In this document: one piece after another, positions 19,578 to 29,456 of the stretch
How the letters are laid out: every line of letters begins with the position of its first letter
Numbering within the stretch: the stretch's first letter is position 1
NCBI GenBank assembly: GCA_963727505.1
Contig: CAVSGP010000004.1
Location: 224,001 to 288,000 of the forward strand
Source of the DNA: an uncultured Trueperaceae bacterium
GTDB lineage: Bacteria; Deinococcota; Deinococci; Deinococcales; Trueperaceae
Direction of reading: 5' to 3'
Length of the DNA stretch: 64,000 bases
The notes under the pieces: model-generated
The model's database searches: none
What the model was told of the DNA's origin: nothing
Seen by the model: only the letters and a program-made list of their open reading frames with translations
Position numbers and translations under genes: made by a program

Positions 19578-20705
19578 ATGCTCCGCGCTCACCTCCGGTC
19601 TCCCCTCGCCTGGATGCGGATCGTCGTCCTGGCGGGCTCTCTCGCCCTGGCCGTCGCCCTCGCCGCACCCCTGCCCCTGGCAGCGCACGAGCCGATCCCT
19701 CCGCCCGATGCCGCGCTGGAGGCGGCGCTGCTGCGCGCTACCAACGACGCGCGTACGGCCCAGGGGCTGGCGCCCGTCGCCCAGGACGAGGGCCTGGCGC
19801 GGGCAGCGCGCGCGCACGCCGCCGAGATGGCGCAACTCAACTACTTCTCCCACGGATCCCCGGTCCCGGCGCACGACTCCCTGCAGAAGCGCCTGGCGCT
19901 GGCCGGCAGCCCGTTGGTGGACATCGCCGAGAACATCGTCATGCTGGCCCGTCCCGGCGACGCCGAGACCGCCGGCCGCCAGGCCGTGGACGACTGGTTG
20001 CACTCCCCGCCGCACCGCAGGAACCTCCTCGACGCGCACTACGACCGCGTGGGCTTCGGAGTAGCCCGCAACGGCCAGGGCGAGCTCTTCGCGGTGCAGG
20101 ACTTCGGAGCCGATCCCATCGATCTGCTGGACGTCACCGTCGCCCACGCCTCTCGCACGGTGCACCGCGTGACCGTCCAGATCAGTGCGCGCGTGGCCAC
20201 CCGCGCGCTGTTCCACCTCGGTGACGCAGCGCCCGAGACGCGCGACCTTCCCGCCGGCACCTCGACGGTGACGCTCACCACCGAAGCGACCGGAACGTCG
20301 ACCCTGTTCGCCGGCGTGCCCTTGCAGGGCAACCACTACGTCGTCGACGACGGCGGCACGCTCGATCTCGCGAGCGGTCGCTACCTTCCCGACCCCGGCG
20401 AACCCCGCACGACGCTGAGCGTGCTTGATGTCGGCGTCCGGCGCGAGACCGAGAGCGGTGCGCGGCTCGAGCTGCGCTACGCGCCGCCTTCGCGCGGCAG
20501 GCTCGCCCTCTTCGTACAGGGCAACGCACAGCCCACCGCCCGCGTTTCGCCGGGCCGCTTCACGGTGTTCCTTCCCGACACGCTCGGGCCCTCCACGCTG
20601 TCGGTCGGGCTGGAAGGCGCCGGCAACGAAGTCTCCATCCTCCATCGCTTCCACATCGATCCCGGGGCAGACGTCCCTCGTCTGCTGGCCGGCAAGGCAC
20701 GCTGA
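19578..20705 (+). CDS. Secreted CAP (SCP/Tpx-1) domain protein
   Basis: Signal peptide; 'ARAHAAEM..NYFSH', 'AENI', 'WLHSPPHRRNLL', 'QDF'. Confidence 0.85.
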   Translation: MLRAHLRSPLAWMRIVVLAGSLALAVALAAPLPLAAHEPIPPPDAALEAALLRATNDARTAQGLAPVAQDEGLARAARAHAAEMAQLNYFSHGSPVPAHDSLQKRLALAGSPLVDIAENIVMLARPGDAETAGRQAVDDWLHSPPHRRNLLDAHYDRVGFGVARNGQGELFAVQDFGADPIDLLDVTVAHASRTVHRVTVQISARVATRALFHLGDAAPETRDLPAGTSTVTLTTEATGTSTLFAGVPLQGNHYVVDDGGTLDLASGRYLPDPGEPRTTLSVLDVGVRRETESGARLELRYAPPSRGRLALFVQGNAQPTARVSPGRFTVFLPDTLGPSTLSVGLEGAGNEVSILHRFHIDPGADVPRLLAGKAR

Positions 20706-20721
20706 GGGTATCCTCGCTCCG

Positions 20722-20907
20722 GTGTCCAGCGCGCTGTCGTTCCTCGTCCGCATCGCCGCCTACCTGTTCCTGGTCGGGATCGTCATGGTCGTGGTGTCGC
20801 CCGTGCCGGCGTTGTCGCGGCGCTTCCCGCGGCTCTACCTGCTGGGCTTCCTGATCTCGGTGGTGAGCGTGTTCCTGGTGCTGGCGGGCGCCCTGTTGCT
20901 GGGCTGA
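20722..20907 (+). CDS. Small two-TM membrane protein (61 aa)
   Basis: Two hydrophobic helices; GTG start 7 nt after a TATCCT box. Confidence 0.55.
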   Translation: MSSALSFLVRIAAYLFLVGIVMVVVSPVPALSRRFPRLYLLGFLISVVSVFLVLAGALLLG

Positions 20908-21022
20908 GGCCGTCGGGGGCGGCGCGGGCCACGACCCGAGCAGCCTGCTAGAATGGCCGCCGCAGCACGACGGGGCGGCCACGACACGGCCTGGGGCGGG
21001 CTCCGCCAGGAGGGAAGGAACC

Positions 21023-22357
21023 ATTCGGGCGCACATCATCACCTACGGGTGTCAGATGAACGAGTACGACACCCACGTCATCCAGTCGGAGCTGGTGGCG
21101 GGCGGCCATCAACTGGTCGAGCACCCCGCCGACGCCGATCTGGTGCTGCTCAACACCTGCGCCGTGCGCGGCAAGCCGGTCGAGAAGGTGGTGTCGCTCC
21201 TCGGCGAGTTCCGCAAGGAGAAGCAGCGCGGTCGCCCGCTGGCGGTCGGCCTGATGGGCTGTCTGGCCCAGCTCGAGGAGGGGCAGGCCATCGCCGACAA
21301 GTTCGAGGTCGACCTGCTCGTCGGGCCCGGCGCCATCTCGGACATCCTGCCCGCTATCGAAGCGGTGGAACGGGGCGAGGGCAGATACCGCAGCCTGCGT
21401 TTCCGCGACGACCTCGACCGGGTCCTGCCACCGGCCCCGGACGCCCTCACCGGCTTCCTGACCATCATGCGGGGATGCAACCATCACTGCACCTACTGCA
21501 TCGTCCCCACCACCCGTGGCCCGGAGGTCTCGAGGCCGGCCGACCTGATCCTGCGCGAGGCCCAGGCCATGCGCGAGGCCGGCGTGCAGGAGGTCGTGCT
21601 GCTCGGTCAGAACGTCAACTCCTATGGGTTGGGCGACCCCGCGCTGCCCTCGTTCGCGGAGCTGCTGCGCAAGGTGGCGGCGGTGGGCATCCCGCGCGTG
21701 AAGTTCACGACCAGCCACCCCATGAACTTCACCTCGGACGTCATCGACGCCATCGCCGAGGAGCCCAACGTCTGCAACTACATCCACCTGCCCGCCCAGA
21801 GCGGCAGCGATCGGGTGCTTCGCCGTATGGCGCGCGAGTACCGCCGCGAGCGCTACCTCGAGATCGTCCACGAGATCCGCGCGAAGGTCGACGGCGTGGT
21901 GCTCAGCACCGATCTGATCGCCGGCTTCCCGGGCGAGACCGAGGAGGACTTCGAGGCGACGCTGTCGCTCTACGACGAGGTCGCCTTCGACCACGCCTAC
22001 ATGTTCGTCTACAGCGCACGCCCCGGCACGCCTTCGGCCGAACGCTTCGAGGACCTCCCGAAGGCCGTGAAGGTGGGACGCCTGCAGCGCCTGATCGAGC
22101 GTCAGAAGCACTGGTCGCTGGGCTCCAACCGCGCCTTCGAGGGCCGCGAGGTGCGCGTGCTCATCAAGGACCTGGGGCGCGACGGCAGCTACGGGGTGGG
22201 GCACTCCGACCAGAACCACACGGTGCTGGTGCCGCGTGAGCAGGTGAGGCACATGGGATTGCATCGCGTGCGTATCAACCACGCCACGCCCCACACGCTC
22301 TACGGCGATGTCGTCGGCGCGGACGTGAGCGCGGTGCCGCTGGTCATGGCGTCGTGA
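21023..22357 (+). CDS. miaB: tRNA methylthiotransferase MiaB (probable ATT start)
   Basis: 'ITYGCQMN', 'NTCAVR', radical SAM 'GCNHHCTYC'. The conserved N-terminus extends to ATT 21023 behind an AGGAGG SD. Confidence 0.93.
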   Translation: MRAHIITYGCQMNEYDTHVIQSELVAGGHQLVEHPADADLVLLNTCAVRGKPVEKVVSLLGEFRKEKQRGRPLAVGLMGCLAQLEEGQAIADKFEVDLLVGPGAISDILPAIEAVERGEGRYRSLRFRDDLDRVLPPAPDALTGFLTIMRGCNHHCTYCIVPTTRGPEVSRPADLILREAQAMREAGVQEVVLLGQNVNSYGLGDPALPSFAELLRKVAAVGIPRVKFTTSHPMNFTSDVIDAIAEEPNVCNYIHLPAQSGSDRVLRRMAREYRRERYLEIVHEIRAKVDGVVLSTDLIAGFPGETEEDFEATLSLYDEVAFDHAYMFVYSARPGTPSAERFEDLPKAVKVGRLQRLIERQKHWSLGSNRAFEGREVRVLIKDLGRDGSYGVGHSDQNHTVLVPREQVRHMGLHRVRINHATPHTLYGDVVGADVSAVPLVMAS

Positions 22358-22821
22358 GCGCGCGTGCGCCCGGCCCGCCCGCGGCAGCCGTCACGCGCGA
22401 TCTCGCTGCCACCGTGTTCGTGGCCTGGCGCGGCCACCTGCTGATGCACCGCCACCGCAAGCTCGGCATGTGGCTCCCCTGCGGCGGTCACGTCGAGCCT
22501 CACGAGCTTCCCGACGACGCAGCTGTGCGCGAAGTGCTCGAGGAGTCGGGCGTGCACGTGGAGCTGGTGGGCGAGCGGGCGCTGGCGCTGCCGGCGCCGC
22601 GTCAGCTGATGCGGCCGCGCGGCGTCCAGCTCGAGACGATCCGGGAGGATCACGAGCACATCGACCTCATCTACTTCGGTCGCCCGGTCGAGCCCTACGA
22701 CGGCAGTCTTTCGGCCGACCAGGACGGGCTCGGCTGGTACGACGCCGCGTCTCTGCAGCGACTCGACCTCACCGACGAGGTACGGGCCTGGACCGAGCTC
22801 GCCCTCGTGGAGCTGGGCTGA
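22354..22821 (+). CDS. NUDIX hydrolase
   Basis: '[26 protein letters not shown]'. Confidence 0.88.
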   Translation: MSARAPGPPAAAVTRDLAATVFVAWRGHLLMHRHRKLGMWLPCGGHVEPHELPDDAAVREVLEESGVHVELVGERALALPAPRQLMRPRGVQLETIREDHEHIDLIYFGRPVEPYDGSLSADQDGLGWYDAASLQRLDLTDEVRAWTELALVELG

Positions 22822-22981
22822 CGCTCCACGACCTCCGTCCGAATACACAGAACGCCGTCCTGCAGCGCGTTCGGGTGCGTAGGGCGGCGCTTGTCCCGTC
22901 GTCGACGCGGTGTGTATACTTTGGTGCCGCCGGGCCGCAGGGCCCGCTGGGCGAGCGGCGGCCGAACGCCGTGAGACGGTA

Positions 22982-23058
<77 letters not shown>

Positions 23059-23092
23059 GCCACGCGGCGGCCGCGCCCGGCGCCGCACGCGC

Positions 23093-23168
23093 GCGGGAGT
23101 AGCTCAGTTGGTAGAGCGACAGCCTTCCAAGCTGTATGTCGCGGGTTCGAATCCCGTCTCCCGCTCCA
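23093..23168 (+). tRNA. tRNA-Gly(TCC)
   Basis: Cloverleaf; ACAGC-CT-TCC-AA-GCTGT; U73; CCA end. Confidence 0.97.
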
Positions 23169-23220
23169 ACCGCCCGCGTTCCGGGCCCCTCCGGGGCCCG
23201 GAACCCAAACGGCGACGCAC

Positions 23221-23296
23221 GCACCAGTAGCTCAGTGGATAGAGCAGCCGCCTTCTAAGCGGTAGGTCGAGGGTTCGAGTCCTTCCTGGTGCACCA
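23221..23296 (+). tRNA. tRNA-Arg(TCT)
   Basis: Cloverleaf; GCCGC-CT-TCT-AA-GCGGT; CCA end. Confidence 0.97.
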
Positions 23297-23453
23297 GTAT
23301 CCCCTGGGACGCGAATCCGCGCCAAGGCGATCGGCGCGGACACCTCCCTTGGGCCCCCGCCGTCGCGGGAGTTGGCGGGATGGACACCTTGGCTATGCTG
23401 TGAGCGTCCTGAGACCTTGGCGTGAGCCGCGCCTCCGCGAGAATGGGAGCACC

Positions 23454-24326
23454 ATGAAACAGACACGATCGTGTGGTCTGCTACTGGCAGCGTTGGTCCT
23501 TTTCGGCACGACTGCGTGCAGTACGGCGACCGGAGCCGGAGGTTCTTCGGGGGGCTCCGGTGGCTCATCCACCGCTGTTCCGCGACCGGATCACGTCGTC
23601 ATCGTGATCGAGGAGAACCACGTCTTCACCGACATCTACGGCAACGGTGCCGCGCCCTACATGACGAGCCTCGCCGATGGCGGGGCCCTGTTCACGCAGT
23701 CGCACGGCGTCGAGCACCCCAGCGAGCCCAACTACCTCGACCTGTTCTCGGGCTCCAACCAGGGCGTGACGGACGACTCCTGCCCGCACACCTTCACGAC
23801 CCCGAACCTCGCCAACGCGCTGATGGACGCGGGCTTCACCTTCGGGGCCTACTCGGAGGACCTCCCGAGCGCTGGAAGCACCGTGTGCTCCCATCAGAAG
23901 TACGCAAGGAAGCACGACCCCTGGGTGAACTGGCCCGGTATCCCCGGCGGCACCGCGATGCCCTTCACCGGTTTCCCGAGTGATTACTCCACGCTTCCGG
24001 ACGTTTCGTTCGTGATTCCCAACCTCGACCACGACATGCACGACGGCAGCGTGGCGCAGGGCGACGCGTGGCTCGAGACCAACATCGACGGTTACGCGCG
24101 ATGGGCGAAGACGCACAACAGCCTCCTCATCGTCACCTACGACGAAGGTGCCGGCTCGAACCAGCGCATCTATACGGTGTTCTACGGGCAGCATGTGAAG
24201 CAGGGAAGCTATCCGGAGCGTATCGACCACTTCTATGTCCTGCGTACGCTCGAGGACATGTACGGGTTGAGCCCGATGGGCTCCAGCGCCTCCGCAACAC
24301 CCATCACGGATGTCTGGGAGCCGTAG
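23454..24326 (+). CDS. Phosphoesterase/acid phosphatase lipoprotein (SapM-like)
   Basis: Lipobox TTAC, Gly/Ser linker, 'HVVIVIEENH', 'HPSEPNY', 'RKHDP', 'DMHDG', 'TYDE'. Confidence 0.85.
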   Translation: MKQTRSCGLLLAALVLFGTTACSTATGAGGSSGGSGGSSTAVPRPDHVVIVIEENHVFTDIYGNGAAPYMTSLADGGALFTQSHGVEHPSEPNYLDLFSGSNQGVTDDSCPHTFTTPNLANALMDAGFTFGAYSEDLPSAGSTVCSHQKYARKHDPWVNWPGIPGGTAMPFTGFPSDYSTLPDVSFVIPNLDHDMHDGSVAQGDAWLETNIDGYARWAKTHNSLLIVTYDEGAGSNQRIYTVFYGQHVKQGSYPERIDHFYVLRTLEDMYGLSPMGSSASATPITDVWEP

Positions 24327-24329
24327 CTG

Positions 24330-24590
24330 ACGCCGAGGAACACCGCGACGTTGTCCGCAACGTTGTCCACGACTTTGTCCGCGACGTCGTCCTCACCGCT
24401 GTTGGCAACGCTCAGGTCGGGGTGGCCACCACCGGTCAAGTCGATCGCACATTCGGGTCGGTCGCAACGAGCGCGGACGGCCCCGTTCCGGCTGTCGCAC
24501 CGGGGTGGGGCCGGCAGGCGGTCGCGGCGAGCCCGTAGAGCAGCGTGACCGTCTCGCCGCCGGCGTTCGCCACCGCCAGGTCGGCGCGGA
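24330..24590 (-). pseudogene. Fragmentary FG-GAP/VCBS repeat gene relic
   Basis: 'ADLAVANAGGETVTLLYG...GTGPSALVATD' and, in another frame after a stop, 'GGGHPDLSVANSGEDDV...VAVFLG'. Confidence 0.5.
24348..24392. repeat. Imperfect 12-bp tandem repeat (~3.7 copies)
   Basis: ACGTTGTCCGCA ACGTTGTCCACG ACTTTGTCCGCG ACGTCGTCC. Confidence 0.75.
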
Positions 24591-24687
24591 GCGCTCGTGC
24601 GGTAGCGCGGCTGGGCCGTGCATCGGACCTGCCACCTGCTACGATGAACCGCACGAACGACAACGTGGGGGTCACGGGAGGGACATC

Positions 24688-26349
24688 ATGGTCAAGCCGA
24701 CCCTGATGGCAGTCGACGACGATCCGCAGGTGCTCACGGCCGTCGCCAGCGACCTGAAGCGCCGCTACGGCGAGCAGTACCGCGTGCTCTCGGCCGGCTC
24801 AGGCGCGGCCGGGCTTGAGCTGGCGCATAAGCTCCGGCTTCGCAACGACGAGGTCGCGCTGTTCCTGTCCGACCAGCGCATGCCCCAGATGACCGGCACG
24901 GAGTTCCTGGCGCAGGCCAGCGAGATCTTCCCGCGCGCCAAGCGCATCCTTCTGACGGCCTACGCCGATACCAACGCCGCCATCGAGGCGATCAACCGGG
25001 CAGACGTCCACTACTACCTGTTGAAGCCGTGGCATCCGCCGGAAGAGAAGCTGTTCCCGGTATTGGACGACTTCCTCGACGATTGGCAGGCGCACTACCG
25101 GCCGCCGTTCGAGGGGTTGCGGCTGCTCGCCTACCGCTGGACCCGGGACGCCTACGCCCTGAAGAACTTCCTTGCCAGGAACCAGGTCCCCTACCACTTC
25201 CTGGACGTGGAGACCGTTCCCGAGGCGAGGAACCTTCGCGCCGACGCCGAGCTCTCCGACGCCCAGCTTCCCGCCATCGTCTTCCAGGACGGAACGGTGC
25301 TTCCCAACGCCGATGCGCCACAGGTCGCCGAGCGCCTCGGGCTCAAGACCCACGCCGACGCCGCCTTCTACGACCTCGTCATCATCGGCGCCGGACCCGC
25401 CGGGCTTGCCGCCGCCGTGTACGGCGCCAGCGAAGGGCTCCGCACGCTGCTGGTCGAGCGCGACGCCCCCGGTGGCCAGGCCGGCGAGAGCTCCCGCATC
25501 GAGAACTACCTCGGGTTCCCCGCCGGCATCGCCGGAAGCGAGCTGTCGCGGCGCGCCACGACGCAGGCGCGCCGCTTCGGCGTCGACATCCTCGTTCCGC
25601 AGGAGGCGGTGGCGGTCCACGTCGACGGCCCGGGCCGTCGGACCGTCTTCGCCGACGGCAGCGAGATCCTCAGCCACGTGCTTCTGATCGCCAGCGGGGT
25701 GTCGTACCGCCGCCTGGAGGCGCCGGGGCTGCACGAGCTCACCGGCACCGGCGTCTACTACGGAGCAGCCGCCACCGAGGCCCCCACCGTGGAGGGACGC
25801 GATGCGTACGTGGTAGGCGGAGGCAACTCGGCCGGTCAGGCAGCCATGTACTTCTCCCGTTTCGCGCAAAGCGTCACCATCCTGATCCGAGGAGAGAGCC
25901 TCGCGTCCTCGATGTCGCAGTACCTCATCGACCAGATCGATGCCACGCCCAACATCACGGTGCGCAACAACACCCGGGTGGTGGAAGCGCGGGGCGAGAA
26001 GAACCTCGAGCAGCTCGTGATCCGGGACGGCTCCACCGATACCACCGAGGTCGTCGAGGCCGCCGGGCTCTTCGTGTTCATCGGCGCCCTGCCCCACACC
26101 GAGTGGCTCGACGGCCTGGTGCGGCGCGATCCCAAGGGCTTCGTGCTGACCGGTCCGGACCTGACCGATGACGGCGGACGCTTGCGGAACTGGCCCCTGG
26201 AACGCGACCCCTACCCCTTCGAGACCAGCGTGCCCGGGATCTTCGCCGCCGGCGACGTGCGCAGCGGATCGGTCAAGCGGGTGGCCTCCGGCGTGGGCGA
26301 GGGCTCGGTCTCGGTGTCGTCGATCCACCGCTACCTGGCCGAGCTGTGA
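24688..26349 (+). CDS. Receiver domain + glutaredoxin-like + thioredoxin-reductase-like flavoprotein fusion
   Basis: REC motifs 'VDDD', 'SDQRMP', 'LLT', 'KPW'; FAD 'GAGPAG' and 'AGDV'; NAD(P)H 'GGGNSA'; no Cys residues. Confidence 0.9.
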   Translation: MVKPTLMAVDDDPQVLTAVASDLKRRYGEQYRVLSAGSGAAGLELAHKLRLRNDEVALFLSDQRMPQMTGTEFLAQASEIFPRAKRILLTAYADTNAAIEAINRADVHYYLLKPWHPPEEKLFPVLDDFLDDWQAHYRPPFEGLRLLAYRWTRDAYALKNFLARNQVPYHFLDVETVPEARNLRADAELSDAQLPAIVFQDGTVLPNADAPQVAERLGLKTHADAAFYDLVIIGAGPAGLAAAVYGASEGLRTLLVERDAPGGQAGESSRIENYLGFPAGIAGSELSRRATTQARRFGVDILVPQEAVAVHVDGPGRRTVFADGSEILSHVLLIASGVSYRRLEAPGLHELTGTGVYYGAAATEAPTVEGRDAYVVGGGNSAGQAAMYFSRFAQSVTILIRGESLASSMSQYLIDQIDATPNITVRNNTRVVEARGEKNLEQLVIRDGSTDTTEVVEAAGLFVFIGALPHTEWLDGLVRRDPKGFVLTGPDLTDDGGRLRNWPLERDPYPFETSVPGIFAAGDVRSGSVKRVASGVGEGSVSVSSIHRYLAEL

Positions 26350-27749
26350 TCGACCCGCAGGAGCTCCGGAAGGTCACCGCCTTCGCCGACCTGGCGGACG
26401 ACGACCTGCAGTGGCTCGCAGAGCGAGCCGAGATGCGGACCTTCGAGCCCGGTGATGCACTGATGGTGGAAGGCGACGCCACCGTAGAGATGATCGCCCT
26501 CCTCGAAGGCGAGATCACCTGGCGGAAAGAGAAGGAACCGTCCGACGGGCTGGTGATCGTCGGACGGGGCGGTGACATCACGGGACTGATGCCGCATTCA
26601 CGGATGACGCACACTCCCGTGACGTTGCGGGCGGTGGTCCGCACGCGTACCGCGAACTTCCCGAAGGCGATCTTCCCCGCCATGCTGGAACGCATGCCGG
26701 TGCTGCACGTGCGGTTGGCATCGATCGTGATCGACCGTTCGCGGGAGTTCACCCGCCACGGCGAACAACGCGAGAAGCTGATGAGCCTCGGTAGGCTGGC
26801 CGCCGGCCTGGCGCACGAGTTGAACAACCCCGCAGCGGCCATCCAGCAGCGTACGGACGGGCTCGCTCGGCGCCTCGACGACCTCAGCGCCATGGCGCTG
26901 CGCGGACTCGCGCCGGGCGCCGCAGAGGCGCTCAGGGAGCGCGTTCCTGTCATCGTCGGGAAGCCGTCGACCGGTGGGCCGGCTCTCATCCTCGACGCGC
27001 TCGAGCGAAGCGACGCCGAAGAAGCGGTGACGCGCTGGCTCGAAACGCGCGACCTGCCGGACCCATGGGCGGCCGCCGAAACACTGGTCGGCGCCGGACT
27101 CTCGACAGCCGACCTGGAGCAGCTGACCGACGGCGTACCCGATGACGCCGTGGGCGCAGGCCTGGAGTGGCTGACGGCGGACCTTGCGCTCCGGCGCCTG
27201 GTGGCCGACATCGCCGACGCCACGGGCAGGATCGTCGAGCTCATCGCCGCGGTCAAGGCCTACTCCAACATGGACCGGGCCCCACGCAGTCAAGAGATCG
27301 ACCTGCGCGCGGGGATCCGGTCGACCCTCGCCATGCTGAGCCACAGACTTCGCAGCAAGAACGCGGTGCTCCGAACCGATTTCGCTACAGACACGCCGCG
27401 CGTGGCCGGCAACCCGGCGGAGCTCAACCAGGTCTGGATGAACCTCCTGGACAACGCCATCGACGCCATCGACGAGGGCGGCGAGATCACCGTTCGCACC
27501 TCGGGCGCGGCAGGACGCGCCGTGATCGCGATCCTCGACGACGGGCCCGGCATCCCCGACGAGATCAAGGCGCACATCTTCGAGCCCTTCTACACCACCA
27601 AGGACGTCGGTGAGGGCACCGGCCTGGGGCTCGACGTGGTGCGCCGCATCGTCGAGCGGCACAGGGGCGACGTGACCGTGGAGTCGGAACCGGGACGCAC
27701 CAGCTTCGAGATTCGACTCCCACCCGTGGATGCCGCGGCGGCGCAATGA
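26346..27749 (+). CDS. Soluble sensor histidine kinase with N-terminal cNMP-binding domain
   Basis: H-box 'HELNNP', N-box 'NLLDNAIDA', 'DDGPG', 'FEPFYTTK', 'GTGLGL'; no TM segment. Confidence 0.9.
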   Translation: MIDPQELRKVTAFADLADDDLQWLAERAEMRTFEPGDALMVEGDATVEMIALLEGEITWRKEKEPSDGLVIVGRGGDITGLMPHSRMTHTPVTLRAVVRTRTANFPKAIFPAMLERMPVLHVRLASIVIDRSREFTRHGEQREKLMSLGRLAAGLAHELNNPAAAIQQRTDGLARRLDDLSAMALRGLAPGAAEALRERVPVIVGKPSTGGPALILDALERSDAEEAVTRWLETRDLPDPWAAAETLVGAGLSTADLEQLTDGVPDDAVGAGLEWLTADLALRRLVADIADATGRIVELIAAVKAYSNMDRAPRSQEIDLRAGIRSTLAMLSHRLRSKNAVLRTDFATDTPRVAGNPAELNQVWMNLLDNAIDAIDEGGEITVRTSGAAGRAVIAILDDGPGIPDEIKAHIFEPFYTTKDVGEGTGLGLDVVRRIVERHRGDVTVESEPGRTSFEIRLPPVDAAAAQ

Positions 27750-29155
27750 CGGCCGAGCACGAGCTTCGCCGCGTGGAGGTCTTCGCCGATCTCGAGGAGG
27801 ATCACATCGCATGGCTCGCCGAGCATGCCCACTACCTGGACCTCGAACCCGGCGAGATCCTCTTCCGCGAAGGCGACCCGGCCACAGTCCTGTTCGCCAT
27901 CATCGAAGGCGAGATCCGGGCGCGTCGCGAGGAGGGGCCGTCCGACGACCGTGTCATCGTGCGAACGGCCGGCAACGTCACGGGCATGCTTCCGCACTCG
28001 CGCCTCACGCAGTCGCCGTTCACGGGCCGCGCCACCATCTTCACGCGCGTGGCCACCCTCTCGACGGACCTGTTCCCCGAGATGCTGCGGCGCATCCCCT
28101 GCCTGCAGGCACGGCTGGCGGCGGTGATGGTCGACCGCTCCCGCGAGTACACGCGGCGCGACGATCAGCGCGAGAAGCTCCTGAGCCTCGGCAAGCTCTC
28201 CGCCGGGCTCGCCCACGAGCTCAACAACCCCGCCGCCGCCATCCAGCGACGGGCCGACGAGCTGGCGCACCGGCTCCAGACCCTCAGCGACGTCGCTCGC
28301 TCGCTCCTCGAGCGCCAGGTGGAGCACGACCGTCTCGTCCCCTTGTTGACGCTGGCGACCATCGACCGGGCCGCAGCCGGTGGCGGCCTCGATCCCCTGG
28401 ACCGCAGCGAGGCGGAGGACGCCCTCACCGCCTGGCTCGAGCATCGGTCGGTCCCCGACGCTTGGCTCACCGCGGAGACGCTCGTGTCGGCCGGCGTGAC
28501 CGAGCCGCGCCTCGACGAGGCGACCCGGACGCTACCGGAAGCGATGGTCCCGCTCGCACTCCAGTGGCTCGAAGCCGACCTGGCGTCGCGGAGACTGCTC
28601 GACGACGTCGCCGAGGCCACCCGCCGCATCACCGAGCTGATCGGCTCCGTCAAGGCCTACTCGAACATGGACCGGGCTCCGACGAAGAGCGCCATCGACG
28701 TCCACGAAGGCATCCGCTCCACGCTCGCCATGCTGGCGCACGAGCTGCGCATCAAGGAGATCGGCCTGAAGACCGAGCTCGATCCGTTGCTTCCCAGGGT
28801 GAGGGGGAACCCCGGTGAGCTCAATCAGGTGTGGATGAACCTCATCGACAACGCCATCGACGTCCTCCCGCCGGGTGGGGAGATCCTGGTCGCGACGTCC
28901 CGTTCCGCCGACGAGGCCATCGTTCAGGTCGTCGACAACGGTCCTGGCATGCCTCCCGAGGTCCAGCGGCGCGCCTTCGAGCCCTTCTTCACCACCAAGG
29001 CGGTCGGGGACGGGGCCGGTCTGGGGCTGGACATCGTTCATCGCATCGTGCGGGACCACGAGGGGAGCGTCCACATCGAGTCGGCTCCCGGGCGCACCTG
29101 CTTCGAGGTCCGGCTCCCCGCTTCCCCCTCGGAGCCCGTCTCGAAGCCCGCCTAA
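27746..29155 (+). CDS. Soluble sensor histidine kinase with cNMP-binding domain (paralog of the upstream gene)
   Basis: 'GEILFREGDP', 'HELNNP', 'NLIDNAID', 'DNGPG', 'GAGLGL'; ATGA-coupled to the first kinase. Confidence 0.9.
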   Translation: MTAEHELRRVEVFADLEEDHIAWLAEHAHYLDLEPGEILFREGDPATVLFAIIEGEIRARREEGPSDDRVIVRTAGNVTGMLPHSRLTQSPFTGRATIFTRVATLSTDLFPEMLRRIPCLQARLAAVMVDRSREYTRRDDQREKLLSLGKLSAGLAHELNNPAAAIQRRADELAHRLQTLSDVARSLLERQVEHDRLVPLLTLATIDRAAAGGGLDPLDRSEAEDALTAWLEHRSVPDAWLTAETLVSAGVTEPRLDEATRTLPEAMVPLALQWLEADLASRRLLDDVAEATRRITELIGSVKAYSNMDRAPTKSAIDVHEGIRSTLAMLAHELRIKEIGLKTELDPLLPRVRGNPGELNQVWMNLIDNAIDVLPPGGEILVATSRSADEAIVQVVDNGPGMPPEVQRRAFEPFFTTKAVGDGAGLGLDIVHRIVRDHEGSVHIESAPGRTCFEVRLPASPSEPVSKPA

Positions 29156-29378
29156 CGCGCTCGGCTCCGGACCCCGGTGGACCCGGCGCGAGAAGCGCAG
29201 CCCGGCGGTCTTCGCGCTCGAAGACGGTCGCCGCACGGATCACTCCCAACGGATCCCACGCCCAACGGTCCCGGCGGAGACCGGGGCCCGCCCGCAGCCA
29301 TCCGGCGCCTTCGCCGGTTCAAGGTGACCCGAGTTCCCACGCGCCGCGCCGGTCTGATAGACTATTGGACGCGAGCTT

Positions 29379-29456
29379 GGTGGATGTAGCTCAGTAGGTT
29401 AGAGCATCGGATTGTGGTTCCGAGGGTCGTGGGTTCAAATCCCATCATCCACCCCA
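29379..29456 (+). tRNA. tRNA-His(GTG)
   Basis: Encoded G-1 and C73; TCGGA-TT-GTG-GT-TCCGA; CCA end. Confidence 0.96.

Noticed and set aside
24348..24392. Tandem repeats considered as CRISPR or iteron arrays (also 38214 and 63790)
   Set aside because: There are no spacers, unit lengths are multiples of three within reading frames, and no cas or rep genes are present.
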